This document shows, piece after piece, positions 28,567 through 38,397 of a stretch of 64,000 nucleotides of DNA. A program made the position numbers and the translations under genes. Positions within the stretch are counted from its first letter, which is position 1. Each line of letters opens with the position of its first letter. This stretch comes from an uncultured Bacteroidales bacterium (GTDB lineage Bacteria; Bacteroidota; Bacteroidia; Bacteroidales; UBA3824), in contig CALFIU010000177.1 in the NCBI GenBank assembly GCA_937877455.1, positions 13,769-77,768 on the forward strand, given 5' to 3'. The notes under the pieces are model-generated. The model worked only from the letters and a program-made list of their open reading frames with translations. It searched no databases and had not been told where the DNA came from.

Positions 28567-28752
28567 GTTATTGAAAATACTTTCAATTATTAGGCTTATA
28601 AAAATATATACGCCCATATAAACAAAAATAGTGATTAAAAAATCTTTAGGAATCCAATATTGCCGTAAAATCATTATTGCTCCAATTGAAAACACAATTC
28701 TTAATACGTGTTTTATAAAATCTTTAAACGTAAGTTTTTCTTTTTTTTTCAT
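28558..28752 (-). CDS. small two-TM membrane protein, hypothetical
   Basis: 64 aa with two hydrophobic helices. It lies 31 nt downstream of the sensor kinase on the same strand. Confidence 0.45.
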   Translation of the reverse strand: MKKKEKLTFKDFIKHVLRIVFSIGAIMILRQYWIPKDFLITIFVYMGVYIFISLIIESIFNNKK

Positions 28753-28783
28753 GTGGCAAAGATATACATTTTTGAAAAAAATG

Positions 28784-31700
28784 CTAACATATAGATTTTA
28801 AAATTGACAAAAATTTATCAGAATCGATGGGTTTTGTAATTACAGAGTTGCAACCAGCGGCAATAAAACGGTCGTAATCGTCGCTTGAAGCGTATGCAGT
28901 TTGTGCAATTATTTTTATTTTTTTGTTGTATTTTCTAATTATGGATGTGGCTGTAATTCCGTCCATTACAGGCATTTTAATATCCATAAGAATTAGTTTT
29001 ACGTCTGGATTGGCAGCCAAAAGATCAACTGCTTCTTGTCCATTTTTTGCTTCGAGAATTTTAATTTTAAGGTTTGTTTTTTTTATAAAATTCTCCATAA
29101 AGAGAAAATTTATCTCATCGTCTTCTGCTAAAATAATTTTGTGATAATTTTGATCATCATTATTATTTTCTTGGGTATTTTTGAACGGTAATTCCAAAAT
29201 AAATTCAGATCCCTCTGCTATTTTTGAGTTAAAATAAATGTCGCCACCTATAATTTTTGCGGTTTCTTTTGCAATTGTTAAGCCAAGACCAAGTCCTGAA
29301 TTTTCTATTATTTTTTTTGATGCCTGTCCAAATTTTTTGAATATAAAGTCTTTGTATTTTTCGTCAATACCTGTTCCAGAATCTTTAACATAAAAACTAA
29401 TTTTGTTGTTGTTTACTCTATAACCTATTTCTACAAATCCTGCCACGGTATATTTTATAGCGTTATCAACCAATTGAGACAAAATACTAACTATTTTTTT
29501 TCCATCGGAAATAAATGTTGATTTTTCGTCGGACAAAGATTTTATTAATCTAAATGAAAGTTTTTTTACTTCTGCATTAACTATAAAAATTGAGTAAACT
29601 TCCATCAATAATATATTGGCACATACATCAGACAACTTTGACTTTACTCTTTTGCTTGTAAGTCGCGATACTTCAAGTATCTCTCCTACTATTTTGTTTA
29701 GTTGATTAGAACAATTAATGATTATTTCTGTATAACGTTTTATCTCTGCATTATCTTTTAATTTTTCGTCAATTAGTCCGCTAAACCCAACAATTCCGTT
29801 TAGTGGCGTACGAACTTCATGCGCCATGCTACTAATAAACTCGTTGATAATAAGATTTGTTTGTTCCGCCATATTTTTGGCTTCAATAATATCGTTTTCA
29901 TATTTTTTTTGTTCGCTTATATCATTAACAATACACATGTAGTATTCTTTTTGTTTTAGTGTAATTTTGTTTGCAACCAAAGAAGCCAAAATCATGTTTC
30001 CGTTTTTTTGTCGAAGAGAAAATTCGCAGCGACGTGCAAATTGATTTTTGGGAATTTCGAGTTGGAGATAGTTTTGAATTAATGTTCCAAAATTCAACCC
30101 GCAAAGTTCTTGTTTTGAGTATTTTGTAATGTCGCACATAGCTCTATTTGATTCTACGATAGTAAAATCAGAATCCAAAATAACTACACCTTCGTACATA
30201 CGGTCGAAAATGATAAAATATTTTCGCTCTCCCTCAATCATTTTTGAGGTTATATCTGATATTTTTTTTGATTGCTCAAATTTTTCGGTCAAATCGGCAA
30301 TGGCAAAGCATATATAATTGGGATTATCCAGCAATTTTCTGCTACCACATGTAACAAAAACTGTTTTTGTTTTTAAATTGTTACAAACAAGTTTTGCCGA
30401 AAAACTTTTTCCACGTAAATTTCTATCATCAAAACTTTTAATGCCAGAATTTTGGGAAATTATAAGAATATCTTTTATGTCGCAACCAATAAGTTCGTCG
30501 GCTTTAAAGCCAGTTAATTCAATAAAAGAACGATTTACATATCTAATTTTTTGGTTTGGCAACCAACCAACTAAAAAAGATTCTACCATTAAATCTGATA
30601 ATATCTCAAATTTTTGATTATTAAATTCTGATTCTTCAATGGTTTGAGTCAACTTTTTGTTCAGTTCCAACATTTGGTTGGTTTTATTATTAATAAGGAT
30701 AGTGTAATTTTTTAATTTTCGTTTTTGCCTAACTATTAATATGGTTGCAAAAATGAGGAATAGTATTAAAATTAATGTATAAAAAATTATTTTTATGTTT
30801 TTTGTTGTCCAAAATGTTTGATAGTTTAAAATAAAACTGTTTTTATCAACTTTGTTGGGCTTTATGCCAAATTTATGCATAACGTTGTAATTATATACCC
30901 AAGAAGATGTGCTGTCAAATACAAAATTGTAATCAGAAATTTTATTGTTACCCTTAAGTACATTAGCCACCATTTCTGCGGCAATTTTTCCTTGTTGATA
31001 ATGCGACACTAAGTAACCACCAATGTTTCCATTGCCAATGGTAACATCGTAAAAATTAAAAACGGGTGCGTCTGTTAGATTGGCAACGTATTGCACAGAT
31101 TCGCCAAGATTTTTATTTATACCATTTCGATCTTTGGCGGCAGATATTACCACAACTATATCAGATTTTGGAATTACTGCCAATTCTTCAGCCAACTCAC
31201 TATACGACAAATTTTCGAGTCTAATATGTTGAAAGGTGATTTTGGGAAAACGAATTTCTTCCTTTGCAAACTCCATTTCGTCGCAGTTTGAAGTTAGTGT
31301 GCCATCAGAAACCACATAGATTTTGCGTGCCGATGGAAACAATGTTAGTAATTTTTGTAAATTATTGTAAACATGGAGGTTTTCAAATACACCTATTGTT
31401 AAACTATCGTCGTCAAATACATTTGTTGCGCTTAGATTATTTATTCCACAAAAAACTATTGGAATATTTTTAAAAAGAGAATCGCGATAAATTGAAACAA
31501 ATTTTAATGCGTGGTCGTGGCAAACAAGCACAGCATCAAATTTATTAATATCAGGATGGTTTAATTTTAACGATTTATAAAAATTGGTATATAGAGAATC
31601 GAAAGCAATGCGTTTTGCATCCATAAATTCAAAGTCACTATTAACACTATATTTTTCAAAAACTGAAATAATACCGTTGTATTCATTTTTAAAAGATTGA

Positions 31701-31822
31701 AAACCAAGATGATAAGAGTTTAAGACTAATACATTTTTATTTTGAGCCAACGACTCCCAATATGATAAAAACATAACAACAAAAGTTATAATTCTCAAAA
31801 TATATTTTGTTGTGGTTTTCAT
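28784..31822 (-). CDS. hybrid sensor histidine kinase/response regulator (periplasmic ABC-substrate-binding-like domain, PAS, HisKA, HATPase, REC)
   Basis: H-box SSMAHEVRTPLNGI, G-boxes DSGTGI and GLGLGLTIAK, and REC motif LILMDIKMPVMDG. I prefer the ATG at 31822, 1 nt after the upstream stop, over 31864. Confidence 0.88.
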   Translation of the reverse strand: MKTTTKYILRIITFVVMFLSYWESLAQNKNVLVLNSYHLGFQSFKNEYNGIISVFEKYSVNSDFEFMDAKRIAFDSLYTNFYKSLKLNHPDINKFDAVLVCHDHALKFVSIYRDSLFKNIPIVFCGINNLSATNVFDDDSLTIGVFENLHVYNNLQKLLTLFPSARKIYVVSDGTLTSNCDEMEFAKEEIRFPKITFQHIRLENLSYSELAEELAVIPKSDIVVVISAAKDRNGINKNLGESVQYVANLTDAPVFNFYDVTIGNGNIGGYLVSHYQQGKIAAEMVANVLKGNNKISDYNFVFDSTSSWVYNYNVMHKFGIKPNKVDKNSFILNYQTFWTTKNIKIIFYTLILILFLIFATILIVRQKRKLKNYTILINNKTNQMLELNKKLTQTIEESEFNNQKFEILSDLMVESFLVGWLPNQKIRYVNRSFIELTGFKADELIGCDIKDILIISQNSGIKSFDDRNLRGKSFSAKLVCNNLKTKTVFVTCGSRKLLDNPNYICFAIADLTEKFEQSKKISDITSKMIEGERKYFIIFDRMYEGVVILDSDFTIVESNRAMCDITKYSKQELCGLNFGTLIQNYLQLEIPKNQFARRCEFSLRQKNGNMILASLVANKITLKQKEYYMCIVNDISEQKKYENDIIEAKNMAEQTNLIINEFISSMAHEVRTPLNGIVGFSGLIDEKLKDNAEIKRYTEIIINCSNQLNKIVGEILEVSRLTSKRVKSKLSDVCANILLMEVYSIFIVNAEVKKLSFRLIKSLSDEKSTFISDGKKIVSILSQLVDNAIKYTVAGFVEIGYRVNNNKISFYVKDSGTGIDEKYKDFIFKKFGQASKKIIENSGLGLGLTIAKETAKIIGGDIYFNSKIAEGSEFILELPFKNTQENNNDDQNYHKIILAEDDEINFLFMENFIKKTNLKIKILEAKNGQEAVDLLAANPDVKLILMDIKMPVMDGITATSIIRKYNKKIKIIAQTAYASSDDYDRFIAAGCNSVITKPIDSDKFLSILKSIC

Positions 31823-31823
31823 T

Positions 31824-34800
31824 TTAAGATTTACAATATTGGTTGAGTACATTGGTAACTTCACTTATTTTTATTGGTTTTTGCATTTTGCAACTACACA
31901 ACGTATTAAGTTCTTCATCTATTTCATCTTGCATTGTATATGCTGTCTGCACAACAATTGGAAGGTTTTTATCAATTTGGTGTATTTTTCTTGCTGCTTC
32001 AATACCTGACATTATTGGCATTTTAATGTCCAAAAATATAAGTTTTACGTTTGGAACGGTTTGAACAAGTTCTACTGCTTCTGCCCCATTTTTTGCATGT
32101 AAAATAGAATAATCAGGACGAGAACGTCTTATCATAGTTTCAAGATACAAGAAATTAGTATCTTCGTCTTCGGCTACTATTATACTATTTCGGTTTGAAA
32201 TAGGTGTACTTTTTATCTCAATATGTTCTTCTTCTGTATTATATGGTATTGAAATATAAAACGTTGTACCTTGTCCTGGCGTTGAATCTACTGTTATTTC
32301 GCCACCAATAAGTCGTGTATTTTCTTTACAAATGGCTAAGCCAAGCCCCAATCCATTGATATTGACACTAACTTCATTGGTATTTTTTGCAAACTTATTG
32401 AATATTTTATTTCTAAACTCTGGTTCAATTCCAACGCCAGTGTCGCTAACATACATTTTTATTTTTTTTCCAACAAGCACATATCCTATTTCTATGTAAC
32501 CGTGGGTTGTAAATTTAAGCGAATTTTCAACAAGATTGCTAAGTATTGTTAAAATTCTGTTTCTATCAGACAAAATAATGGCTTTGTTGTCTGGCAATCT
32601 CGTATTACAATAAAACGCAAGATTAGCATTTCGAGCCTTGGGTTCGTTATCGTTGTAAATCTTTAAAAACAACTCATTAAGATCAACGTTTTCGTTTTTT
32701 GCAGTTGCATAATTGCTACTTAGTTGCGCTATTTCCATAATATTGGTTATAGTATTTAGCAACCTATTGCAACTTTCTTTTATAGCCGCGCTGTATAATT
32801 TAAATTTTGGATTAACATTTGGCAAATCGTTGTAGAGTTCTGAAAATCCAATAATTCCATTCATTGGTGTACGTAACTCGTGATCCATATTGTGAAGAAA
32901 TTCACTAATAAAAATATTGCTTTCTTCGGCCTTTTCTTTAGCACGAATAAGTTCATGTTCTTTGCGTTTACGTTCAGAAATATCGTTAAAAAGCACAAGA
33001 TAGAACGTTTTTCCTCCTAAAACCAACTTTGATGTTCTAAGTTCGGCAGGAAAAGTGTTACCATTTTTTTTAACAAGCGTTAATGTTTGTTTTTTTCCAA
33101 CCATTGTTCTAAATCGAATTTTTTCAACAACACAATCAATTGGAGAAATGTCTAAAAATTCGTCGGCAGAATATTCCAACAAGTTGCAAGCCATATTGTT
33201 AGCATATATAAACTTGTTGTTAAGCGAAATAATAGTTATAGCCTCCGAAGCCTGTTCTGTAATGGCTTTAAATCTAACATTGGCAAATTCAAATTGGTCT
33301 TGAGCCGATTTTAATTGATTTTTTATAAGGTTTTCGTTGGTATAATCGTGAATTATGGTTAGAATACAATCGGCATTGTTGAAAAAAATGTGAGTACCAA
33401 TCATTTCTACATCGCGAGCCTTGCCACCTTTAGCTTTCAACTGCTTACGAATAAAAACGTTAACATTAAAATTTAGGTTTTCGCCATAAACACCTTCTTC
33501 CACTTTATTGAATCTAACATCATAAATCGACATTTTGTAAAGTTCGTCTTCGGTGTAACCTATCATTTTGCAGTAGGCTGCGTTTATGTATATAAATTTT
33601 CCATCAGGTGCAGAAATAGAAATTGCATCTTGGCTATATTTTGCCATTGACATAAAGTTTTTTTGCCATATTTCAAGATTTTTGCCTTGCTCAACATAAA
33701 TTTTGTACATTTTTTGGGCTCGACGACGTTCGCGTAATACCAATATTAATGCTGTTGCCAACAAAAATGCTATCGCTATTGCAAAAAATAAATAATGAAG
33801 ATATATTTTTATTTGTTTTCCGTTATCATTCATAATCATTGCACCAGTGGGTAATTTGTTTTGGTCAATGTTAAATCTTACAAGTTGTTTGTAATTAAAC
33901 AGATAAACTGTTGCCTTGTCTATTCCCGATGGAATTGCAGAAGGTTTATGACGGTTGAACAAAATATCGTACATCATTATTGCAGAATTGATGCCTTGTT
34001 CGCGTCGCAAAATTATTTTTCCACCCAAAAATCCTGAGTTATACCCCTCACCTATTACACTAAAAACTGGTACCGATGAACACGCACTTACTTTCTCGTA
34101 CATATCAAGATATTCAAAATGTTTTCCGTTTTGGTCAACGTATCCAGTTAGGAAAAAAACTACCGAATTTTTTGGTAAGGTTGATAAAGTATTTTTAAGT
34201 TCTAAATAGCTTATTTTACTGAAGTTGAGTTCTTTGAATTTTAAGGTTTCAAAAATATTTTGAAACATCATAAATCTTCCCGACATTGCTACACCAGTAA
34301 TTGTTGTATCGGAAATAAAGTAAATATTCTTTAGATTTGGAATAAGTTTTTGAGCAAGTTTAATATTGTCTGCTACATCAATTCGTTCTATAAAACCAGT
34401 TGTAAGGCTATCGTTGAGGTTTGCGGCAAAATTAGAATCATCAACACCACAATAAACAACAGGAATACCTCTAAAAAGAGAATCACGATATTTTTCTACA
34501 AAACGAAATACTTCGTCGTCGCAAGCAATTATTCCATCAAAAGGAGTAAGATATTTGGTTACATAATTAATATCGTTGTAAAATTTATTAACGTTTTCGT
34601 CGTAAGGAAATCTTCTGCAATCAAAAAAACGTGTTTCTAATCCAACATCACAGGTATCAAACACAGATCGCATTCCATCCATTTGAATCTCGTATGATGG
34701 ATTAGTATTGTCGTAGGAATATAAAACCAATACTTTTTTTGATTGAGCAGAGCATGTACTGTCAACCAAAATTTGCAAAACGATAAAAAAAATTATCGTA

Positions 34801-34844
34801 ATTATGCAAAAAAACTTATGGCTTTTTGCTATTTTTTTTATCAT
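31824..34844 (-). CDS. hybrid sensor histidine kinase/response regulator, paralogue of the downstream gene
   Basis: It has the same architecture as the downstream gene. H-box NMDHELRTPMNGI, G-boxes DTGVGI and GLGLGLAICK, and REC motif LIFLDIKMPIMSG. Confidence 0.88.
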   Translation of the reverse strand: MIKKIAKSHKFFCIITIIFFIVLQILVDSTCSAQSKKVLVLYSYDNTNPSYEIQMDGMRSVFDTCDVGLETRFFDCRRFPYDENVNKFYNDINYVTKYLTPFDGIIACDDEVFRFVEKYRDSLFRGIPVVYCGVDDSNFAANLNDSLTTGFIERIDVADNIKLAQKLIPNLKNIYFISDTTITGVAMSGRFMMFQNIFETLKFKELNFSKISYLELKNTLSTLPKNSVVFFLTGYVDQNGKHFEYLDMYEKVSACSSVPVFSVIGEGYNSGFLGGKIILRREQGINSAIMMYDILFNRHKPSAIPSGIDKATVYLFNYKQLVRFNIDQNKLPTGAMIMNDNGKQIKIYLHYLFFAIAIAFLLATALILVLRERRRAQKMYKIYVEQGKNLEIWQKNFMSMAKYSQDAISISAPDGKFIYINAAYCKMIGYTEDELYKMSIYDVRFNKVEEGVYGENLNFNVNVFIRKQLKAKGGKARDVEMIGTHIFFNNADCILTIIHDYTNENLIKNQLKSAQDQFEFANVRFKAITEQASEAITIISLNNKFIYANNMACNLLEYSADEFLDISPIDCVVEKIRFRTMVGKKQTLTLVKKNGNTFPAELRTSKLVLGGKTFYLVLFNDISERKRKEHELIRAKEKAEESNIFISEFLHNMDHELRTPMNGIIGFSELYNDLPNVNPKFKLYSAAIKESCNRLLNTITNIMEIAQLSSNYATAKNENVDLNELFLKIYNDNEPKARNANLAFYCNTRLPDNKAIILSDRNRILTILSNLVENSLKFTTHGYIEIGYVLVGKKIKMYVSDTGVGIEPEFRNKIFNKFAKNTNEVSVNINGLGLGLAICKENTRLIGGEITVDSTPGQGTTFYISIPYNTEEEHIEIKSTPISNRNSIIVAEDEDTNFLYLETMIRRSRPDYSILHAKNGAEAVELVQTVPNVKLIFLDIKMPIMSGIEAARKIHQIDKNLPIVVQTAYTMQDEIDEELNTLCSCKMQKPIKISEVTNVLNQYCKS

Positions 34845-35004
34845 TTTAGCCTCCAGTTTTTTTGTAAATAATTATTGGTGGCTAAGATATATTATTTTTT
34901 GTATATAACGAAATTTTTTAGGTATTATTTTTACATTTTTCATTAGTAATAATCGAAAAACTAATAAATATATTTTTAATTTTTAAAAAATATGAATAAT
35001 AGTT

Positions 35005-35706
35005 TTAATAATCACGATTTTCAATAAGGCTATGATCGTTACGAGCTTCTTTTTTGATAAGATAAAACGCCCAAATAACAATAGAAATGTAGAATAAAAT
35101 AAAAAACATAAAAAGTGATCCATCGCCAGAACCGCATAGAAAATCGTAAGTACCATGTAGAATTGTTGGAATAATAAGAGAAAGGGCAAGATTTGTGTTT
35201 TTTTGAGATTCTTTGCAATAATATTTATAATGTCTTGCCCTCGACATATAAACGCCCATCACTACGCCAAAAATAGAATGACCAGCAAAAAAAGTTCTTA
35301 ATACTGCCACTTCTAAGCCTCCATCAAAAACGTAAAAAATGTTTTCAAATATCGCAAAACCAAGCGATGAACTAACGCAATAAACTATTCCGTCGTAGGT
35401 GTCGTCGAAAAAACTGCTTTTCCAAATAAAAAACATTACAACGAGCCACTTGAAAAATTCTTCAACTAATGCTACTTGAAAAAAATTATCAATAAACGAA
35501 TAAAAATATGTTTGATTATCAATCAACGAAGCTGTTACACTTTCTAAAGAAAGCTCAACAAAAACAGTTGGAATACACGATATTGCACCAATTAAAAAGG
35601 TTTTTAAAACAAGTTTTAAAGGTTCGTGTTTTGGATCTTTTTTATAAACATAAAACAAAACCGCCAACGAAGGCAAAAAAGTGAGTATAATAGTTAAAAT
35701 TTCCAT
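35005..35706 (-). CDS. PrsW-family intramembrane metalloprotease
   Basis: Polytopic protein with the VEEFFKW (EExxK) and LHGTYDF (HxxxD) motifs of the PrsW family. Confidence 0.75.
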   Translation of the reverse strand: MEILTIILTFLPSLAVLFYVYKKDPKHEPLKLVLKTFLIGAISCIPTVFVELSLESVTASLIDNQTYFYSFIDNFFQVALVEEFFKWLVVMFFIWKSSFFDDTYDGIVYCVSSSLGFAIFENIFYVFDGGLEVAVLRTFFAGHSIFGVVMGVYMSRARHYKYYCKESQKNTNLALSLIIPTILHGTYDFLCGSGDGSLFMFFILFYISIVIWAFYLIKKEARNDHSLIENRDY

Positions 35707-36049
35707 AAAAAGTTATTTAAAAGTTTAACACACAAATAATTAGTTATATAGACTAAAAAATTAAATAACTCAATTTATCAAATGTTTAACACTGAAATCA
35801 CTAATTTTTGAAAAAAATGATTAATTGTAATGTACAAAATCTACATAATTAGCATTTCAATTTTTTTTACGTTTATAAGTTATGTGTTTAAGGTTAGTAA
35901 AAATAACTTGATTTTTACTAATTTGTTTTTTTTTAATTTTCGTGTATTCAGTGCCTTCCGTGTAAATAATATTACTCTTTGATTAAATTTTTAAGTTAAT
36001 TAATCTATATTTAAATTATTTTTATAAATAGGTAATTATTTAAACTTGT

Positions 36050-36093
36050 AAAAATAAAAAAAATCTTTTCTAAAACAATAATTTAGAAAAGAT
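36050..36093 (-). terminator. terminator after tRNA-Lys (minus strand)
   Basis: 12-bp stem ATCTTTTCTAAA/TTTAGAAAAGAT with a T-run on the minus strand. Confidence 0.7.
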
Positions 36094-36111
36094 TTCAATA
36101 TTAAAAATTTG

Positions 36112-36184
36112 TGACCAAGCTGGGGCTCGAACCCAGGACCCCATCCTTAAAAGGGATGTGCTCTACCAACTGAGCTACTTAGTC
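36112..36184 (-). tRNA. tRNA-Lys (anticodon UUU)
   Basis: The reverse complement folds as a cloverleaf. The acceptor pairs GACTAAG with CTTGGTC, the anticodon stem pairs CATCC with GGATG around loop CTTTTAA, and the T-loop is TTCGAGC. Confidence 0.9.
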
Positions 36185-36230
36185 TGCCATAAATTTTATT
36201 TCAAATTACCTGCCTTTGTTTAAGACGGTG

Positions 36231-36238
36231 CAAAAGTA
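36231..36238 (-). promoter_or_regulatory. -7 promoter box TACTTTTG for tRNA-Lys
   Basis: The plus strand reads CAAAAGTA, 47 nt upstream of the tRNA 5' end. tRNA-Leu has the same spacing. Confidence 0.55.
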
Positions 36239-36470
36239 CAAACCATTTTTTAATTTGCAAATTTTTTTGAAAAAAAATCGCATTTTTTTTTATTATTTTT
36301 TTTAACTATTTGATACTTAGTTATATATTTTTTTTATAATTTTCCATTGATGTAATAATAATAGGCAGTTTTAACATGTTTTTATCATACCAAAAACACT
36401 TAAAAAGACTTTATCCAGATACCGAGTCCAAAATTATTGGGAAAAATTCTTGTTTTAACCAAAAAAATAT

Positions 36471-36478
36471 TAATTTTG
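36471..36478 (+). promoter_or_regulatory. -7 promoter box TAATTTTG
   Basis: It lies 24 nt upstream of the ATG at 36502 and inside the longer track ORF, which argues for the shorter start. Confidence 0.5.
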
Positions 36479-36501
36479 CCAATAGAAAAATAGATTTTAT
36501 T

Positions 36502-37503
36502 ATGACGGTAAATTTAAAAAAGAGGAGTTTTTTAAAACTCATAGATTTCACTCCCCAAGAAATTGAATATCTAATAGATTTGGCCGCCGAACTTAAGGCT
36601 GCTAAATACAACGGCACTGAAAAACAGATGCTAAAAGGAAAAAACATCGCACTTATATTTGAAAAAACATCCACACGTACTCGTTGCGCATTTGAAGTTG
36701 CTGCTGCGGATCAAGGCGCACATACAGTGTATATTACCCCCACTGGCAGTCAAATAGGGCATAAAGAAAGTGCAGAAGATTCTGCTCGCGTTTTTGGACG
36801 TATGTTTGACGCTTTAGAATATCGTGGTTTTGCCCAAAAAACAGTTGAAATTCTTGCTGAATATTCCAAAAAACCAGTTTGGAATGGACTTACAAACGAA
36901 GCACACCCTACACAAGCATTAGCAGACATTCTTACAATTAAAGAACATTGTAAAAAAGACTTAAAAGATGTTAAGTTTGCATTTCTTGGTGATATTCACA
37001 GCAACACTTGCAACTCGCTTTTGGTAATAGCCGCCAAACTTGGAATGGATTTTAGACTTGTTGGACCCAAAAAACTTGGACCAGAACAACATTTGTTGCA
37101 AAAAAGCTTGGAAATTGCAGAAGAAACTGGTGCTAAAATAACTGTAACTGATGATGTTGCACAGGGAGTGAAAGATTGCGATTTTATTTATACTGATGTT
37201 TGGGTTTCGATGGGCGAAGTTCATGATGTTTGGGCAGAAAGAATTAAATTGTTATCGCCATATCAAATTAACAAAAATGTAATGCAACTTACTGGTAATA
37301 AAGATGTTAAATTTATGCATTGTTTACCAGCTTTTCACGATTTAAATACCTCAACTGGTAAGGAAATTTATCAAAAATTTGGTATTGATTGTATGGAAGT
37401 TACCAATGAAGTGTTTGAAAGTGAGCAGTCAATTGTTTTTGACGAGGCAGAAAATAGACTTCATACCATTAAAGCAGTTATGGTTGCAACATTGGCAGAA
37501 TAG
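36502..37503 (+). CDS. argF: ornithine carbamoyltransferase
   Basis: STRTRCAFE carbamoyl-phosphate motif, an HPTQ-containing segment, HCLPAFH, and 333 aa from the ATG at 36502. I rejected the 42-codon upstream extension. Confidence 0.88.
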   Translation: MTVNLKKRSFLKLIDFTPQEIEYLIDLAAELKAAKYNGTEKQMLKGKNIALIFEKTSTRTRCAFEVAAADQGAHTVYITPTGSQIGHKESAEDSARVFGRMFDALEYRGFAQKTVEILAEYSKKPVWNGLTNEAHPTQALADILTIKEHCKKDLKDVKFAFLGDIHSNTCNSLLVIAAKLGMDFRLVGPKKLGPEQHLLQKSLEIAEETGAKITVTDDVAQGVKDCDFIYTDVWVSMGEVHDVWAERIKLLSPYQINKNVMQLTGNKDVKFMHCLPAFHDLNTSTGKEIYQKFGIDCMEVTNEVFESEQSIVFDEAENRLHTIKAVMVATLAE

Positions 37504-37523
37504 CATAAATAAAATTTTTATTA

Positions 37524-37563
37524 AAACGAATTGTCTAAAAATTATTGACAATTCGTTTTTTTT
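37524..37563 (+). terminator. rho-independent terminator after argF
   Basis: 12-bp stem AAACGAATTGTC/GACAATTCGTTT followed by a T-run. Confidence 0.8.
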
Positions 37564-37627
37564 ATGGTCTTGAGGTATTAAACCATATTGTTAAAACGAT
37601 GTCTAATAAATATGATTTTAAAGAATT

Positions 37628-38305
37628 ATGATTATGTGGAAAAAAATCTCGTTATTAATATGTTTACAAGTTTATTCGTTGATTTTGTTTTCCCAAGACA
37701 CACGTGTAATATATGGTAAATGCTCAACACTCAACGATTTACCTGTTTTTGGAATAAAAGTACATTCTCAAAAACTAAAAACAGAAACCACTACTGACTC
37801 TTTAGGACACTTTGCGATAGTTTGTAGTAACAAAGACCGTATTAAACTTCAAGGTAAAGTTTTTAGTAATGTTTCGGTAAAAATAAACCATAAAACCAAC
37901 GACTCTATAGATGTTAATATGTCGTTTTATCCAACGCAAAAAAATGTTGAGCTTGCCATTGGATATGGATATATAACCGAAAATAACCGTACTCAGGCCA
38001 TACAATATATAGATAGAAAACACGATTTTTGTAGTTATTTAAATGTCTATGACATTCTACGCAACAATTTTAATAACCTTCAAGTTAATGATAACGGTTG
38101 CGTTGTAATACGAGGTCCATCGTCGCTATTTGCTTCTAATTGTGCGCTTTACATTGTTGATGGCGTTAAAACAGAATCCATTAGTTATATTTCGCCATGT
38201 GATGTTAAAGAAATTTCGGTGTTAAAAGATGCAAGTGCCGCCATCTATGGAAGTCAAAGTGCGCCAGGCGTTATTTTGATTAACTTAAAAAATGGAAACC
38301 ATTAA
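37628..38305 (+). CDS. stand-alone CarboxypepD_reg-like + TonB-dependent-receptor plug-domain protein (no barrel)
   Basis: Signal peptide. The C-terminal DVKEISVLKDASAAIYGSQSAPGVILI matches the TBDR plug consensus. The ORF ends after 225 aa with a terminator. Confidence 0.6.
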   Translation: MIMWKKISLLICLQVYSLILFSQDTRVIYGKCSTLNDLPVFGIKVHSQKLKTETTTDSLGHFAIVCSNKDRIKLQGKVFSNVSVKINHKTNDSIDVNMSFYPTQKNVELAIGYGYITENNRTQAIQYIDRKHDFCSYLNVYDILRNNFNNLQVNDNGCVVIRGPSSLFASNCALYIVDGVKTESISYISPCDVKEISVLKDASAAIYGSQSAPGVILINLKNGNH

Positions 38306-38341
38306 AAATTATATACATAAATATCTAATTATCAGCAATTT

Positions 38342-38395
38342 AAAATAAAACCGTAACCTTGCAATTTTTTTTGTATGGTTACGGTTTTATTTTTG
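38342..38395. terminator. bidirectional terminator between convergent genes
   Basis: 12-bp stem AAAACCGTAACC/GGTTACGGTTTT flanked by A-runs and T-runs. Confidence 0.8.
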
Positions 38396-38397
38396 TA

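Noticed and set aside
31823-31864. 41-nt overlap between the two hybrid kinase ORFs as drawn in the track
   Set aside because: The ATG at 31822 gives a normal signal/TM N-terminus (MKTTTKYILRIITFVV) and a 1-nt intergenic gap. The longer start is unnecessary.
35893-35940. Perfect 11-bp AT-only hairpin TTAGTAAAAAT/ATTTTTACTAA plus T-run in the 400-bp AT-rich gap next to tRNA-Lys, as a possible orphan sRNA terminator
   Set aside because: The stem is entirely A/T, I could find no promoter box or conserved partner sequence, and such palindromes are expected by chance in ~20% GC spacer DNA.
36376-36501. 42-codon N-terminal extension of ornithine carbamoyltransferase
   Set aside because: The extension contains the TAATTTTG -7 box. 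OTC homology starts at [11 protein letters not shown], which gives the typical ~333-aa length.
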